The position numbers were made by a program, and so were the translations under genes. A stretch of DNA of 64,000 nucleotides. Source: Salpingoeca rosetta. Lineage: Eukaryota; Protista; Choanoflagellata. The notes beneath the pieces were generated by a model, which did no database searches, had not been told where the DNA came from, and saw only the letters and a program-made list of their open reading frames with translations. Each line of letters opens with the position of its first letter. Position 1 is the first letter of the stretch. The stretch is taken from NCBI GenBank assembly GCA_033442325.1, contig JAWQFM010000007.1, positions 1,334,351-1,398,350 of the forward strand, given 5' to 3'. Shown here piece by piece: positions 52,401-64,000 of the stretch.

Positions 52401-55400
52401 TGGCGGGGTGACGCTGTTTGGGCCTCGAAGCATTGCTGGGCGGTCTGTTGTGCTGAGCAGGGCTGACGGGCGCGTTGTTGGGTGTGGGAACATTGGGTTT
52501 AGTGGGGGTGTGAAGACGCTTGTGTCGCGGTTTGTTGGGCCGCGCGTGTTTGGGAGCGTGACGTTTCGGCAGCTTGTTGGGCGTGCTGAGACGGAGACGA
52601 GTGTGCTTGTTGATCTTGTTGACGCTGACGGGAGTGGTGCTGGGAGCGATGCTGGGGTTGTGTGGATGATCAGCGGGGAAGCACCTGAGGACGGGGTGAA
52701 CTGTGAGGGGGCGTTGAGCGGGAGCGTGTTCAACCCGTTTGGGGTTGTGTGCGATGGCAGTGGTGACTGCGGTGAGCTGTGTGGTGGAGCCGATGAGCAG
52801 GCGCAGCTTGGGTGCCGTGTTGGGGACCTGAGCAGCAAGCATGGTGCAGCTGCTGTTGGGAGACGGTACATGGTGACTGACGTGCAGCTTCCACTGTCTG
52901 GCGCCAACAGCATCGAGGACCACGTCTTGACCCTGGGCAGCTCACAGGACAGTTCACAGGACAGCACGGGCTCGTGTGCACGTGTGATGCCATTGAGGCC
53001 ATCGCTCGCATCTCCGCTGGCTACCTGCACGGCGAAATTCGCCTCTCCCAGCTGTCCCCCTTCTCCCCTGTCGTCATCCAATCCAGCGTCTCTGGCGCCG
53101 ACATTGCCCAGACGCAGTACACGGTGTCAGCTTACGACCAGCAGTCACCTTACTTCCTCTCGGAACGCGCCCCTTGTGCTGTCGATGCCACGGCTCCAGT
53201 CCTCCAGGTGCGCGTGCTTCTGTACACGCTTGTATATGATTGTTTGTGCTGCTTCTTTGTGCTTCTGTGTGCTTCTGTATGCTTGTGTGCGTTGGCGGGG
53301 GAATCCTCGCCTCCTTATCACAATGCAACTGTTGGTGGTTTTCCCGCTTCTCTCTCTCACTCACTCACACACACACACTCTCTCTCTCACTCTCTCTCAC
53401 TGACACACACACACACACACTCTCTCTTTCCCCACCTCTCACGCACACACAACCACCACACCATGGTGCACACGCTCTTGCATGCGCACGCATCCACGCA
53501 GGCGCTGCTTGATCTTGGGCCGTTTCCAGTGTCATTGTCTTCCCAGGGCGACCCCACCATTGCGCACACAGACACGTCAGTGAATGCCACGCTGTATGGA
53601 CGCACATCGCTCCTCGGTCAGGCCCTCGGGCTGGCGGCTGGTGGCCACGGCGCGTGTGGTCGCATCACATACGCCAGCAGCGACGTGATCACCGCAGCGG
53701 CGTCCTTTGCTGAAAACTCAACCGTCACAGGCATTGTGCTCTTTGAGCAGGACCCGAGCGTGCTGCAGACAACTGTGACGGTCACCCTTGCGCTTGCCAA
53801 CACATCTGCACACATGCCGGTAGACACGGCGCATGTGCGACTGTATGTTGTGGAAGGCGGTGGCGACGGCAGTGGCGTTGGTGATGCGGGCGCGCTGGAG
53901 GCGTGCCGCCGCGGTGACTGGCGGCTGTTCAACCCAACAGCAGCCGAGGTTGACAGCAGCAGCTACGCCGATGACTGTCGCAGTGACGCTGCCTCATGCG
54001 CTCTCGGTCAGTTGCTGGACACTGCGGAATTACTGTCTTGTTTACTGAGATGAAAGCGGTCATTTATTGCTTCTGTGTGTGCGAGCATGTGTGCGCATGC
54101 GCGTACGTTGCGGGGATTGATCTACACAGCAAGCTCCAAGCTTCACCTACCCACCGATTTATTGGTCCATTCAACGCACACGCGTGCATACACGCGCATA
54201 TGTGTGCGTCTGCACTCACACAACGATATGCGCTCACTCATACACGCAACCACACGCACAAACACACACTATCACACGCACATACAGGAGATGTTGCGGG
54301 GCGACAAGGGTACGTGACACTGGACACAACAACGCATTCGTCTTACGTGTTCAGCGATGGAGCACTTGTGCTAAGCGACAGCGAGGGCGAGAGCACCAGC
54401 ATCGTCGGCCAGCTGCTGGCGGTTGTCGCTGAGGAGGACAGCGCCTTGCTGGGCTGCGCACCGATTGGCCAGCTTGAGGAGCGCGTTGTGTCTGCCACAG
54501 CCGGCTCCTCCACCGTCACTGTTCGCCAGTCGTCGCCGCTGCTACCCGCCACCGTCACCACGGACTTTACACAGGCTGCCCAGACGCTGGCCCAGTTTCA
54601 GGTGTCCTCGCGCCCGCTCGACGCCCGTCTGCCAGAGGAGCAGCCGTGTGGGCCTGCGTTTGTGGGCAGCACGTTTGCCCCGTACGCACCACGCGATTGC
54701 ACGGTTGTTGCTGGCCGCCCCTGCGCGCAAGATGCGTTTGCTGCCGGAGATCTCAGCGGCAAGTTTGGGTTTGTGCAGGCGTTACGTCGCGCAAGGCACA
54801 CGTTTGTTGACCACACGGTCACGCTGTTTGGGCCGCGGTCCCTCGCCTATCGCACGCTTGTGCTGATGCAGCTGGGCAATCTCCCTGCGGCGTGCGCGCA
54901 GCTGCTGCCCGTGGTTCCCGTCAACGCCAGTAGCAGCAGTGGTGCGGGAACAGAGGCCGTGTTCACCACCCCCAACGCGCCGTCTACGCTGTATCGTGGC
55001 AGCGTTGGCCTGCGCGCTGCATGGACAGACGCCCTCGCCAGCGTCGCTGTGCTTTCATCGCTGACCCGGAACGATGCGCACGTGTCGGCCCTTTCAGCAG
55101 CGATTGCTGTTGGAGAGGATGTGAGCGGCGCGACGTGGTCACAGCCGCCGCTGCCGCCTGCGCACGTGTGCGAGGCCTTCGTGAGCGACGCTGCCGCTGC
55201 TTTGACGCGGCCGCCGCCGCCACCCATGTGCAGCGAGAGCACGCTGCTTGGGCAGCTGGCGTGCGTGACTGCCAGTGCCATGGCGGAGCAGAGAAGCGCG
55301 CACGCGCTTGCATCGGACGTGCCGGTGCCCGCGTTGGAAGTGTTTGTGCTGCTATCAGTCCAGGAGGGTGACATTGGCATTGGCTCGTCGTTCACGCTGG

Positions 55401-58400
55401 ACGACGCTGACGCTTCACCGTTCCCCACACTGGGCACTGTGGTCAGCCTTGTGCCAACAGCCACTGTTCCCCACAGCGAGGCGGCCGGCACGGAAGCGCC
55501 GACGCTCACGGCTCTCCGCGCCATGCTGAGCGCTGATGCCCCGTCCATCGTCGACTTGTCAGCACAGCAGCTCGCTTTCTCCAATGGCGCTCGCGCGGTG
55601 GTGCTGCGTGCTGTGGCCTCGGCGCCTCGCCTTCATTACCTGCAGTTTATGCATGTGTCGTCCCTGCCGCCAGCTGCCACGACTGCAGTCGCCAACACAA
55701 CAGCTATTGGTGCTGGTGCTGGTGCGTCCTACGCACTTGTGGGCGTGCTGCTGCCATTGCAGCCTGAACCGCCAGCAGGTGCTGGTCGCGCGTGTGCTGC
55801 TCTGACGGCGGTAGGTGAGCAGCAGGCGTGCAGTCTCCTCTGCAGCGGCGGCTGCACGGGACCAGCGCCCTCGGAGTGTGTGGGTGGGTGCCGTAGCCTT
55901 GAGTTTGCCGGCCAGTGTCTGGAGACATGCGAGCAGCTCAGCAACAGCTCCTTCACCCAGGGCGCAACGTGCAAGGCGTGCCACTTTGAATGCGCAGGTG
56001 GCGGGTGCACAGGTCCCACCCCACGCGACTGCGTTGGCGGCTGCCGTCACGCGTATGATCCCGCGGCTGAGGCCTGCGTGCGCGCTTGTCCGCTCGGCAC
56101 GCTCGCTGGCGATGACGGCGTGTGTGCGGAGGACACACGCACTGGTCGCGTGGCGCAGGCAGTACTTCCCAGTGACGGTGAGCAGGAGCGCGTGGTGGAG
56201 TTCTGGCAGGTGTCGGGCAGCAGCGACACGACCATCAGCCAGCGCGGCCTCGACGCGTACGTGTCGTCGTCTGCGTATGTGTGGGAGGTCCGTGAGCTGC
56301 GCACGTCGTTGCCGGTGTTTGGCGATGACGCGTGCAGGGACGACGTCGTTGGGGGCGTGTTCAACCCTGCGCAGTCCACTCGCGACTGCACCACCGCGGA
56401 TCCCTTTGGCTGCCCCGTGGGCCAGCTCAGCCGCAGACATGCCAGCATGCCGCTGCAAGGCAGCACCATCACGGACGTCGCCAGCCCCTTGTTTGGCCAA
56501 GATCTCATCTCAGGCCGCACGCTCGTCATCACCAGCGCAGACGGCACGGAGCGCCTGTGCGCCGTCATCTCGGTGCCGCTTCACCACAGCACGCATGTCG
56601 TGCGGGCCGCCTTTACGTCGCCGTTGCAAGGCAGCGTGGTGGCGCGACAGGCAGTGCGCTTTGACGGCGTGGCGGCGGAGACGCTGCTTGCCGTTGACAT
56701 GCGAGTGGTTGGTGCTGCGCTGGCGGCTCGCGGCCAGGTCACGCACGACTGGGAGGTGCGGGATGGCTCTGTGTTTCCACACGAGACGCTGCAGGCGGAG
56801 TGCGCTGCAACGGGCGCTCTGTTTGATCCATTCAACCAAGGCAGCAACGCCCGCTGTGGCCCAAGCACGATCCCTTCCTCCGTTAGCGGCTACCAGCAGA
56901 ACTGCCGCGTCGGCGACTTGACGAGCAAGCACGGCGCCCTCGCCCTGAGCAGCGAAGTTGCGCTTCGGTTCCAGCGCGTGGACATCCAGCTGCCGCTCCT
57001 TGATGACGGAAGCGTCCTCAACCGCACACTGACTGTGTTGGATGGGGCGACGATGGATGGCGGTGGTGGTGAAGGTGGTGATGCTGGCGGTGTGCTGGCA
57101 TGCGCTGGACTGATCACAGCCGAGCCGCGCCATCTCCTCGCCAACATCACGCTTGCGAGCAGCGGGCTGCTCACGGGTGCGGTGTCGTTCTTCCAGCGCA
57201 CGCCTGATGACACACCCCTCGTTCGCATCGACGTCGAGGGCCTTGGCGGCGCCTTCGCTGACTTTGGCGTGGTGGACGCTCCCCCTGCCGTTGCGTGTGC
57301 CCAGCACGGCGCGCCTGCGTGGTTCAGCCCGTTCACCTCCACCCACGACCCATCGCCCGTGGGCCTCCTGTCTGCCAAGGTTGGCTCGTTCGCTGGCGTG
57401 TTTGTCGGTGTGAGCGGCGCCGTGCTGCCAGACGCGGAACTGCCGCTCTCTGGCCCGCACAGCATCGCTGGCCGAACACTCGTCGTGACAAACGCGACAA
57501 CGGGCGCGGCAGCCGTGTGCGCGCGCATTGTGGACACTGAGTGGCGCAGGCGCGCCGTCGCCGATGTGCGTGGGAGCGTCGAGGGCAAGGTTGTGTTTGA
57601 GCAGCAGCACGACGTGTCGCAGGAGACGATGATCACGGTTTCGCTCGCTGCGAGTGCACAGGCGCCAGCGGGCCCCTTTGTGTGGCAGCTGCAGAGCGAT
57701 GCGTACAACTGCACCGTGGGCACTCCCCTCAACTCGTACAACGTGTGTGTGGCTGAGAGCTGCGATTACGAGGCGCAGTGCGGGCTAGCCGCGCAGCAGC
57801 GCGGGTGCACTGTTGGTGATTTGACAAGCAAGCATGGTGTGCTTTCTGTTTCGCCAGCGGGCGTGTCTGGCGTGTTTTCCGACCTTCTCCTGCCTGTCAG
57901 CGAGGATGTGTCTGGGAGCGTGCTTGTTGTGTACACGGAGGACACGAGCGAAGTGGTTGGCTGTGGGAGTGTTCGTGTCGTGCAAGCTCCAGCAGACCGC
58001 ACGACCACGACCACCACAACCACAACCACGACTACCACAACCACCACGACTACCACCACAACCACGACTACCACCACGACTACCACCACAGCCTCGACGA
58101 CCCAAGCCCGACCAACCACCACGACTGCCACACAGCGTATGTGTTGCCACCACCGCCTCTGTGTTGTTTGCACATAATGGTTACGTGCTGCATCATTTCT
58201 CGCTGGCAGCCTGCGTATGTTGTCTTACCTGCGAACTCGTTGCATTTTCAGCTCATGCACGGTTGCAAACGCACATTCGCAAACTCACAAACGACACCCT
58301 GCACACACACTACACACACACAATGCACGCACATCGCCCACACATGGATTTGCACACACATACACGCACACTCCACGCACGCACACTCCACACAAACACA

Positions 58401-60379
58401 CACACACACTCCACACACCCCATACACACATACACACTCCACACACGCACACTCCACACAAACACACACACACTCCACACTCCACACACGCACACTCCAC
58501 ACAAACACACACACACTCCACACTCCACACTCCACACTCCACACTCCACACAAATACACACACACACTCCACACTCCCCGCAGGTGTGACACGATATGCG
58601 CTGCTAGAGCTTGTTGGGCTTGGCTCCGTCACTAACAGCATGGTGGATACGCTTGCAAACACATTGCATGGCGAGATTGCATCAGCGTGCGCGTGCAGCG
58701 TGCAGGTGACGATTGTGGATATCATCAACACACGCGACAGCAGCAGCAGCAGCGGCAGCGGCAACCGTCGTCGTCGTGCCACAACGTCAATTCAGGTGTT
58801 GTATTCAGCGAGCAGTAGTGTTGTGTCTGGTGCGCTGCTGGCGGGCGCCATGGATGCTGCCGTGTCATCTGGTGGTGTGCTGACACGGCTACGCACAAGC
58901 AGCGGTGGTGGTACGTTTGCCGACGTGAGCGGCGTGTTTCAAGGGGATGTTTCTGCCACGGAGGCTGCGGCGCGGTCATCGGAGACGGGTGCTGACAGCG
59001 GCGCGAGCTCGGGTGGCGGATCTGGCAGTGTTCCCATCCCCATCATTGCTGGCGCTGCCGGCGGGTTTGTTGTGCTGTGTGCGCTGATCGCGTGCGTGGT
59101 TGTTCGGGGCCGCCGCCGCCGTCATCGTGGCGATGCGCTTCGCGACATCAAGTCGTGGAGCAGCGGTGGGCGGCACGGCACGGCGACCAGCACGGCGTCG
59201 GCGGCAACAACAGTGGGACACGGGGCGAGACCGTCACACTCGTCCTCCATTTACCTGCTGGGCAGCCAGAGCACCGACGCGCCGTCGCCACCCATGCGCG
59301 GCCGCACATACACCAACGGCGGCACAAGCAAGCTGCCGTGTCCAGACACCACGGACAGCGAAGGGTATGCCATCCCCTCTGTCATCTTTAGTCAGGGGCA
59401 CAAGGCCGGCACGTCCGGCGAGGAAGGCGGGCTGGGGCTGGCAGACAACAACGCGGCCGAGCCTGCGACGGCATACATCAAGGCCATGCCACTCAAGCCG
59501 CTTCGGGGCGATGGCAGCGCTGGCGGCGTGGTGGACAAGAATGCGACATCGGCGTCGGCGTCACTGCCAGGCGGGGATGCGCGTCGCTCCATGCTGCTGC
59601 CACGCCCCAGCAGCTGCGTGGTTGCGCGTGCCCTGCACGACTATGATTCGGCCGAGGACACGGTTCTTGCCCTCAAGGCCGGCGACATGGTGGAGGTGAC
59701 GGAGAAGGCGGACAATGGGTGGTGGTGCGGGAAGATTGGTGCGCGCTCCGGCTGGTTCCCATCGTCGTTTGTGCAGGTGGAGACGGTGGAGGAGACGGTG
59801 GTGGATGATCTGCCATCGCGCCTGCCCTCCGTTGTAGAGCGTGCAGAGCTTGAATCTGGCGACCGCACTGCCGGTCGTGACAGCAGCGGCGGCGGCAGCA
59901 GCAGCAGCAGCAGGGACAACAAGCGCACATCTCTTCTCCCTCCTCCTCCCCCGCGGCTCGCTGCAGCAACGGTAGCAGCTGGGGCGTCGAAGGCAGGTGA
60001 GGAGGAAAAGGCAACGAAAGACGGGCGCAAGCGGCCAACACCACCACAGCGCAATTCGTCCACAGCTGCCAGCCTGAACACGAGCAATACAGCACCACCT
60101 GCAACCTCAACAGCCGCGCGGGCACAAGGGCTGATGGGCGCCTTGAACAAACAGCTGGCAGCTCAGCTGGGGCAGCAGCAACAGCAACAACAGCAACGGC
60201 AAACGCGCGCTAAGCCTGTCAAGCCTGAAAGGAAGCAAAGCAAGTCTTCACCATCGTCATCATCGCAGCCAGTCAGTGCCCCGACCAACACGACACAACA
60301 AGCATCCACACCAGCGGAGTCTGCTGTCGACAAGACTCGCGACAACAACAGCAGCAATAACAGCACCAGCCATACCACC

Positions 60380-60452
<73 letters not shown>

Positions 60453-63184
60453 CAGCGAGCAGAGCGGAGAAGCCCTCGGGCCAGGAAGGGGCCAGCGAAA
60501 CCACCACGACCGCCGCCGCCGCCGCAGCAGCAGCAGCAGTCACCGTGATGGTTGCGCAGTATGCTTATGACCCTTCAGAAGGGGACGGATTGAAGCTGAC
60601 ATCTGGAGCAGAGGTGGAAGTGTCCCTTGTGCGTGATGATGGCTGGGCGTACGGCAGCTGCGAGGGCGCCGTGGGCTGGTTCCCTGCATCATATGTTGTG
60701 CCCAAGGACAGCGAACAAAATGCAGGTGGGCCCGGAAACCAGGGCAAGGGTACGCGGGCAAGCGACCTGTACGACAACGTGGGGGACGATGAGGAACTTG
60801 AGGACATGTATGAGCAGCTGTATGCGTTCCCGGTTGAGGCGGAGCCTGCTCCTTCTGGGCCGGATGCGTGCTACACTGCATTGTATGCGTACAGGCCAGT
60901 TGGGGAGGCGGATCTGGAGCTGCATGAGGACGACGTGTTGACGGTCATCGACAAGACAGGGGACTGGTGGCTGGGCAGGATTGGGGTGCGTGAGGGCTGG
61001 TTCCCGGGGACATATGTGAAACACACGCCTGAAAAGTACCGTCAACTCGCTGCGCAATCTGTCTTGCCGCCCCCGCCGTTGCCGCCTCCGAATCGCGGGA
61101 AGCAGCAGCAGCAGCAGCACAAGGAGGAAGGTGTACAGGGCGCGGGTCGTGCTAGCACGGAGGCAGCACCTGCAGCAGCAGCGGTGGCGAAGGACACGCC
61201 CTCCACCGCGCAGTTCCCAGCCTCTTCAGCACCGGCACCACCGCCAGCGCCGCCACCACCAGGGGCACCTTCGTCAGGAGCAGCGACCTCAACCGCCGTG
61301 TCAAAGAGCGTGAAGATGAAGGCAAAGCCACCACCTCCAAACAAGAGCAAGGCCAAGCAGCAACAGCAACAGCAACAGCAACAAGGAGGTACGCAATCGC
61401 CCGCCACCAACCCAATGGCCATACAGAGTGAGCTGGCGGCTGCTCTTGGGAAGCGGGGTGGTGCTGCCAATGAGTCCAACGGGGAGACTCACGACAGCAG
61501 CAGCAGCGGCAGCAGTAGCAAGGCTGGGAAACCGCTGCCAGCTGCGCTCCGCACTGCGCCATCAGAGCCCAGTGGCAAGGGGGCACGTCGACTGCCGCCC
61601 CCCACGTCTGCGCCGCCGTCGCGCAAGCCACCGCCTCCAGTTGGGCAGGGCCGCAGCAGCAGCGGCGGGAAGCGCCAACAGCAACGGGGTGTGTCACGCC
61701 GTTCCCATGTGCGCAACCTGCGTCCACAGAGAGCCGTGCCTGCACCACCACCGCCGCCACCAACCGCCGCACCTGCACAAGCGCCAAAGGCGGCGCCCAC
61801 TGCAGCAAGTATGAAAAAGAAGCCGCCGCCGCCACAAGCGAGAGGAGCGGGGAAGCAGGAGGAGCAGCAAGATGCAGCGAAGATGCAGCTTGCCCCGCTG
61901 CCTGCAGCGCCTGCAGCGCCTGCAGCACAAAGTCCACATCAGCAGCCGTCAACGGGGGCAAAGACAGCACAGCAGCAGCAGCTCCGGGAACTGGCGCAGG
62001 TGGCAGCACAGCGGCATCCATCCTCCAGTGACGTGACTGCCAACAACAAAGCAACTGCTTTGACGTCTTCGTCGGCTGCTGCATTTTCTTCTTCGTCAAC
62101 ACAGGCGGCGTCGGTTGTCGTGCACGCGAAACCGCGTCCTCCACCGCCATCCAAGCAGGCGCCAACACGAAGCAGCGAAGCGCCTGCACCTGCTGCACGC
62201 GCTGCACCTGAACCAACCAAGCCTGCGTTGGCAGGCAGCGCGGTGAAGAAGGACGGCGCACGTGTGAGCACCGCAGCAGCGGTGACGACTGCAAAGACGG
62301 ATGGTGCGGATAACTCAGGTGCCGGGCGGCCGAAACCGCCACCGCCGAAGAAGCCAGGTCAACTTGCCGGCCACAAGGTCGCGCCCGCCGCCACCAAACC
62401 AGCACCTGCAGCCAGGGAGGGCGGCGTTGGTGGTGGTGATGGTACGAATGGCTATGGCAACAATGGCAACAATTTGGTAAAGGAGCTGGGGAAATCCCTC
62501 AAGCAGCAAGCACCCGCGACATCAGGGGCAGCAGCTCCCCATGCTGACAAGGGCGCGAAGCACAAGCTGCCACCACCGCGAGCGACAGCAGCCGTCACGC
62601 AGGCGCCGCCGTCGAGTGCGCTGCCGCCCCCACGTCAAGCGCGCCCAGCCAAACAGCAGCAGCAACAGTCAGCACAGCCTGTACAGTCTGTACCGCCAGC
62701 TCAGCAGCAACAGCCACAGCGTGAGCAGCAGCCAGCGCAACGACCACAGCGCAAGCCGAGTGTGAGACCCACAACCAGGCCGGTAGGGAGCCCTGGGGTG
62801 AAGAAGCCCGCAACAGCGCCTGCGTCGGGCGCATCAACAGCGGCACCACGTGCAAGCGTGAAAGCGACACCAGCGCGTACAGCGCCTGCCCTGACCAAAC
62901 CACAGGCGGCAGTGTCACCGTCAGCACCAGCTAAGCCGCGCGCCCCTGCACGGGCATCAACAGCACGCAAGCCACCCGCTCACGCTTTGAGCCGAGACGG
63001 CGGAGACACCAAGACGAGCAGTTCCCGCACACCACCCGCACCCTCGTCGTCAACGCCGGCATCAGCAGCATCTGCAACGACAACGGCAGCAACGTCAGGA
63101 CCATCGCGGCCCTCGGCACCATCTGTGCGCAAGTCGGCACCAACAGCGACGCCACCCGCCTCCCGCAAGCACCCGAACCACCAC

Positions 63185-63236
<52 letters not shown>

Positions 63237-63439
63237 CACAGCGACGACCAGCACCGCGGGCGACTCGTGTGCCTGCGAGCTCGAGTTCTTCTTCGTCGTC
63301 GCCTTCGACTGCGGGGCCTTCACGCCCAGCTGCACGCGCAAGCACGCGCACAGGTGGCGCTTCGCAGGGTGCGCCGAGCCGACCACCAGCACGCCCATCT
63401 GCTGGGCCGCGCGCACGAACCAGCAACCAGGCCTCGTCA

Positions 63440-63470
<31 letters not shown>

Positions 63471-63727
63471 CTGTGGCGGCTGCACGGAAGCGTACAAACC
63501 CGGGCGAAGCGAGCACGGCGAAGAAAAACAAGGGGGGTGGCGACGGAGGTGGATCGAGCGTGTGCAAGGCGATTGTGACGTATGTGGCACGAACGGCGGA
63601 GGAGCTGTCGTTTGAGGAAGGCGAGGTGATTGTTCAGCTTTCACCCGCCGTGAATGGGATCTGCAAAGGCATGAAACAGGATGGCACAGTCGGCACCTAT
63701 CGTGCTGCTCACGTCGATTCCTTCTAA
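49500..63727 (+). CDS. Giant single-pass receptor-like protein: signal peptide, ~11-12 Cu/Zn-SOD-fold repeats, furin-like Cys repeats, Thr stalk, SEA-like module, TM, four SH3 domains and Pro-rich tail
   Basis: Signal exon LWCLLLAAALVLAACAP|gt ends at 49578. Further exons 50048 (or 51011) to ~53207 (frame break at ~52990), 53502-54006, 54288-58136 and 58584-63727. Repeats share G.V.F.Q..C..G..FNP..C.VGDLS.KHG..D..LPL.G..SI.GR.LV..C. Furin repeats 55826-56126; TM 59029-59104; SH3 at ~59620-59780, 60548-60706, 60872-61026 and 63562-63724. The 5' end is unresolved. Confidence 0.8.
49920..51762 (+). repeat. 963-bp-period tandem duplication of an intron 3' end plus the first 1.5 SOD-like repeats
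   Basis: Copy 1 ~49920-50798, copy 2 ~50883-51762. Six substitutions (49982, 50000, 50034, 50069, 50079, 50114) and a 1-bp deletion near 50757 in copy 1. Confidence 0.93.
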
Positions 63728-64000
63728 TGTGCTACGTGTGTATTGTTATTGTTATTGTGGTTGTGTGTGTGTGTCGTGGGTTTGTGTGTATTGTGGCTGT
63801 GTGTGTGTGTGTGTGGAGGTGTGCGCCCTGCATTGCAGCACCCTTGCACTGCAACGCCCTGCATTGCAACGCCCTGCATCTCTGTTGGCGCTCCTTTACG
63901 TGTGCATTTCTTTTTCAGGTGTTTTGTCATTTTGGTGTTCTTGATCTTGTTTTTGTGAGTGGAGTCGAGTTTCCTTCGCTGCCACTCTTGTGCAGGCACA

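Noticed and set aside
55559-57741. Several 280-370-aa alternative-frame and antisense ORFs overlapping the SOD-repeat exon
   Set aside because: Expected in GC-rich coding DNA; only the main frame has domain motifs.
51011-57985. Calling the giant gene an active Cu/Zn superoxide dismutase or CCS chaperone
   Set aside because: Cu-binding histidines are missing from every repeat, and there is no CCS MxCxxC domain.

Overview
Intron-rich, gene-dense eukaryotic DNA with (CA)n/(TG)n microsatellites in most introns. The style and gene content (Tiam/Still-life RhoGEF, RasGEF1, INSIG, SH3 receptor) suggest a unicellular holozoan, most likely a choanoflagellate such as Salpingoeca (inference). About 14 genes can be assembled by eye from GT-AG exons: the 3' end of a PHAF1/C16orf70 homologue, a TIR+ARM protein, a His/Ser-repeat type II membrane protein, URB1/Npa1 (-), a Still-life-type EVH1-PH-CCEx-RBD-PDZ-DH-PH RhoGEF, a CPA2 cation/H+ antiporter, RasGEF1 (-, spans a gap), a mucin-like type I membrane protein, ZSWIM7, mitochondrial RBFA, a signal-peptide-bearing SAM methyltransferase, ATP synthase subunit d (-), and a cytochrome-b5 front-end desaturase (-) head-to-head with INSIG. 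The last gene spans about 14 kb and encodes a giant single-pass receptor. Its ectodomain has about 11-12 Cu/Zn-SOD-fold repeats that have lost their copper ligands, furin-like Cys repeats, a Thr stalk and a SEA-like RRRR module. Its cytoplasmic tail has four SH3 domains, tyrosine motifs and long proline-rich tracts. This pseudo-SOD-repeat/SH3 receptor is the strongest candidate for an undescribed system. No RNA genes, CRISPR arrays or transposases were recognised. All family calls come from recalled motifs, not database searches.
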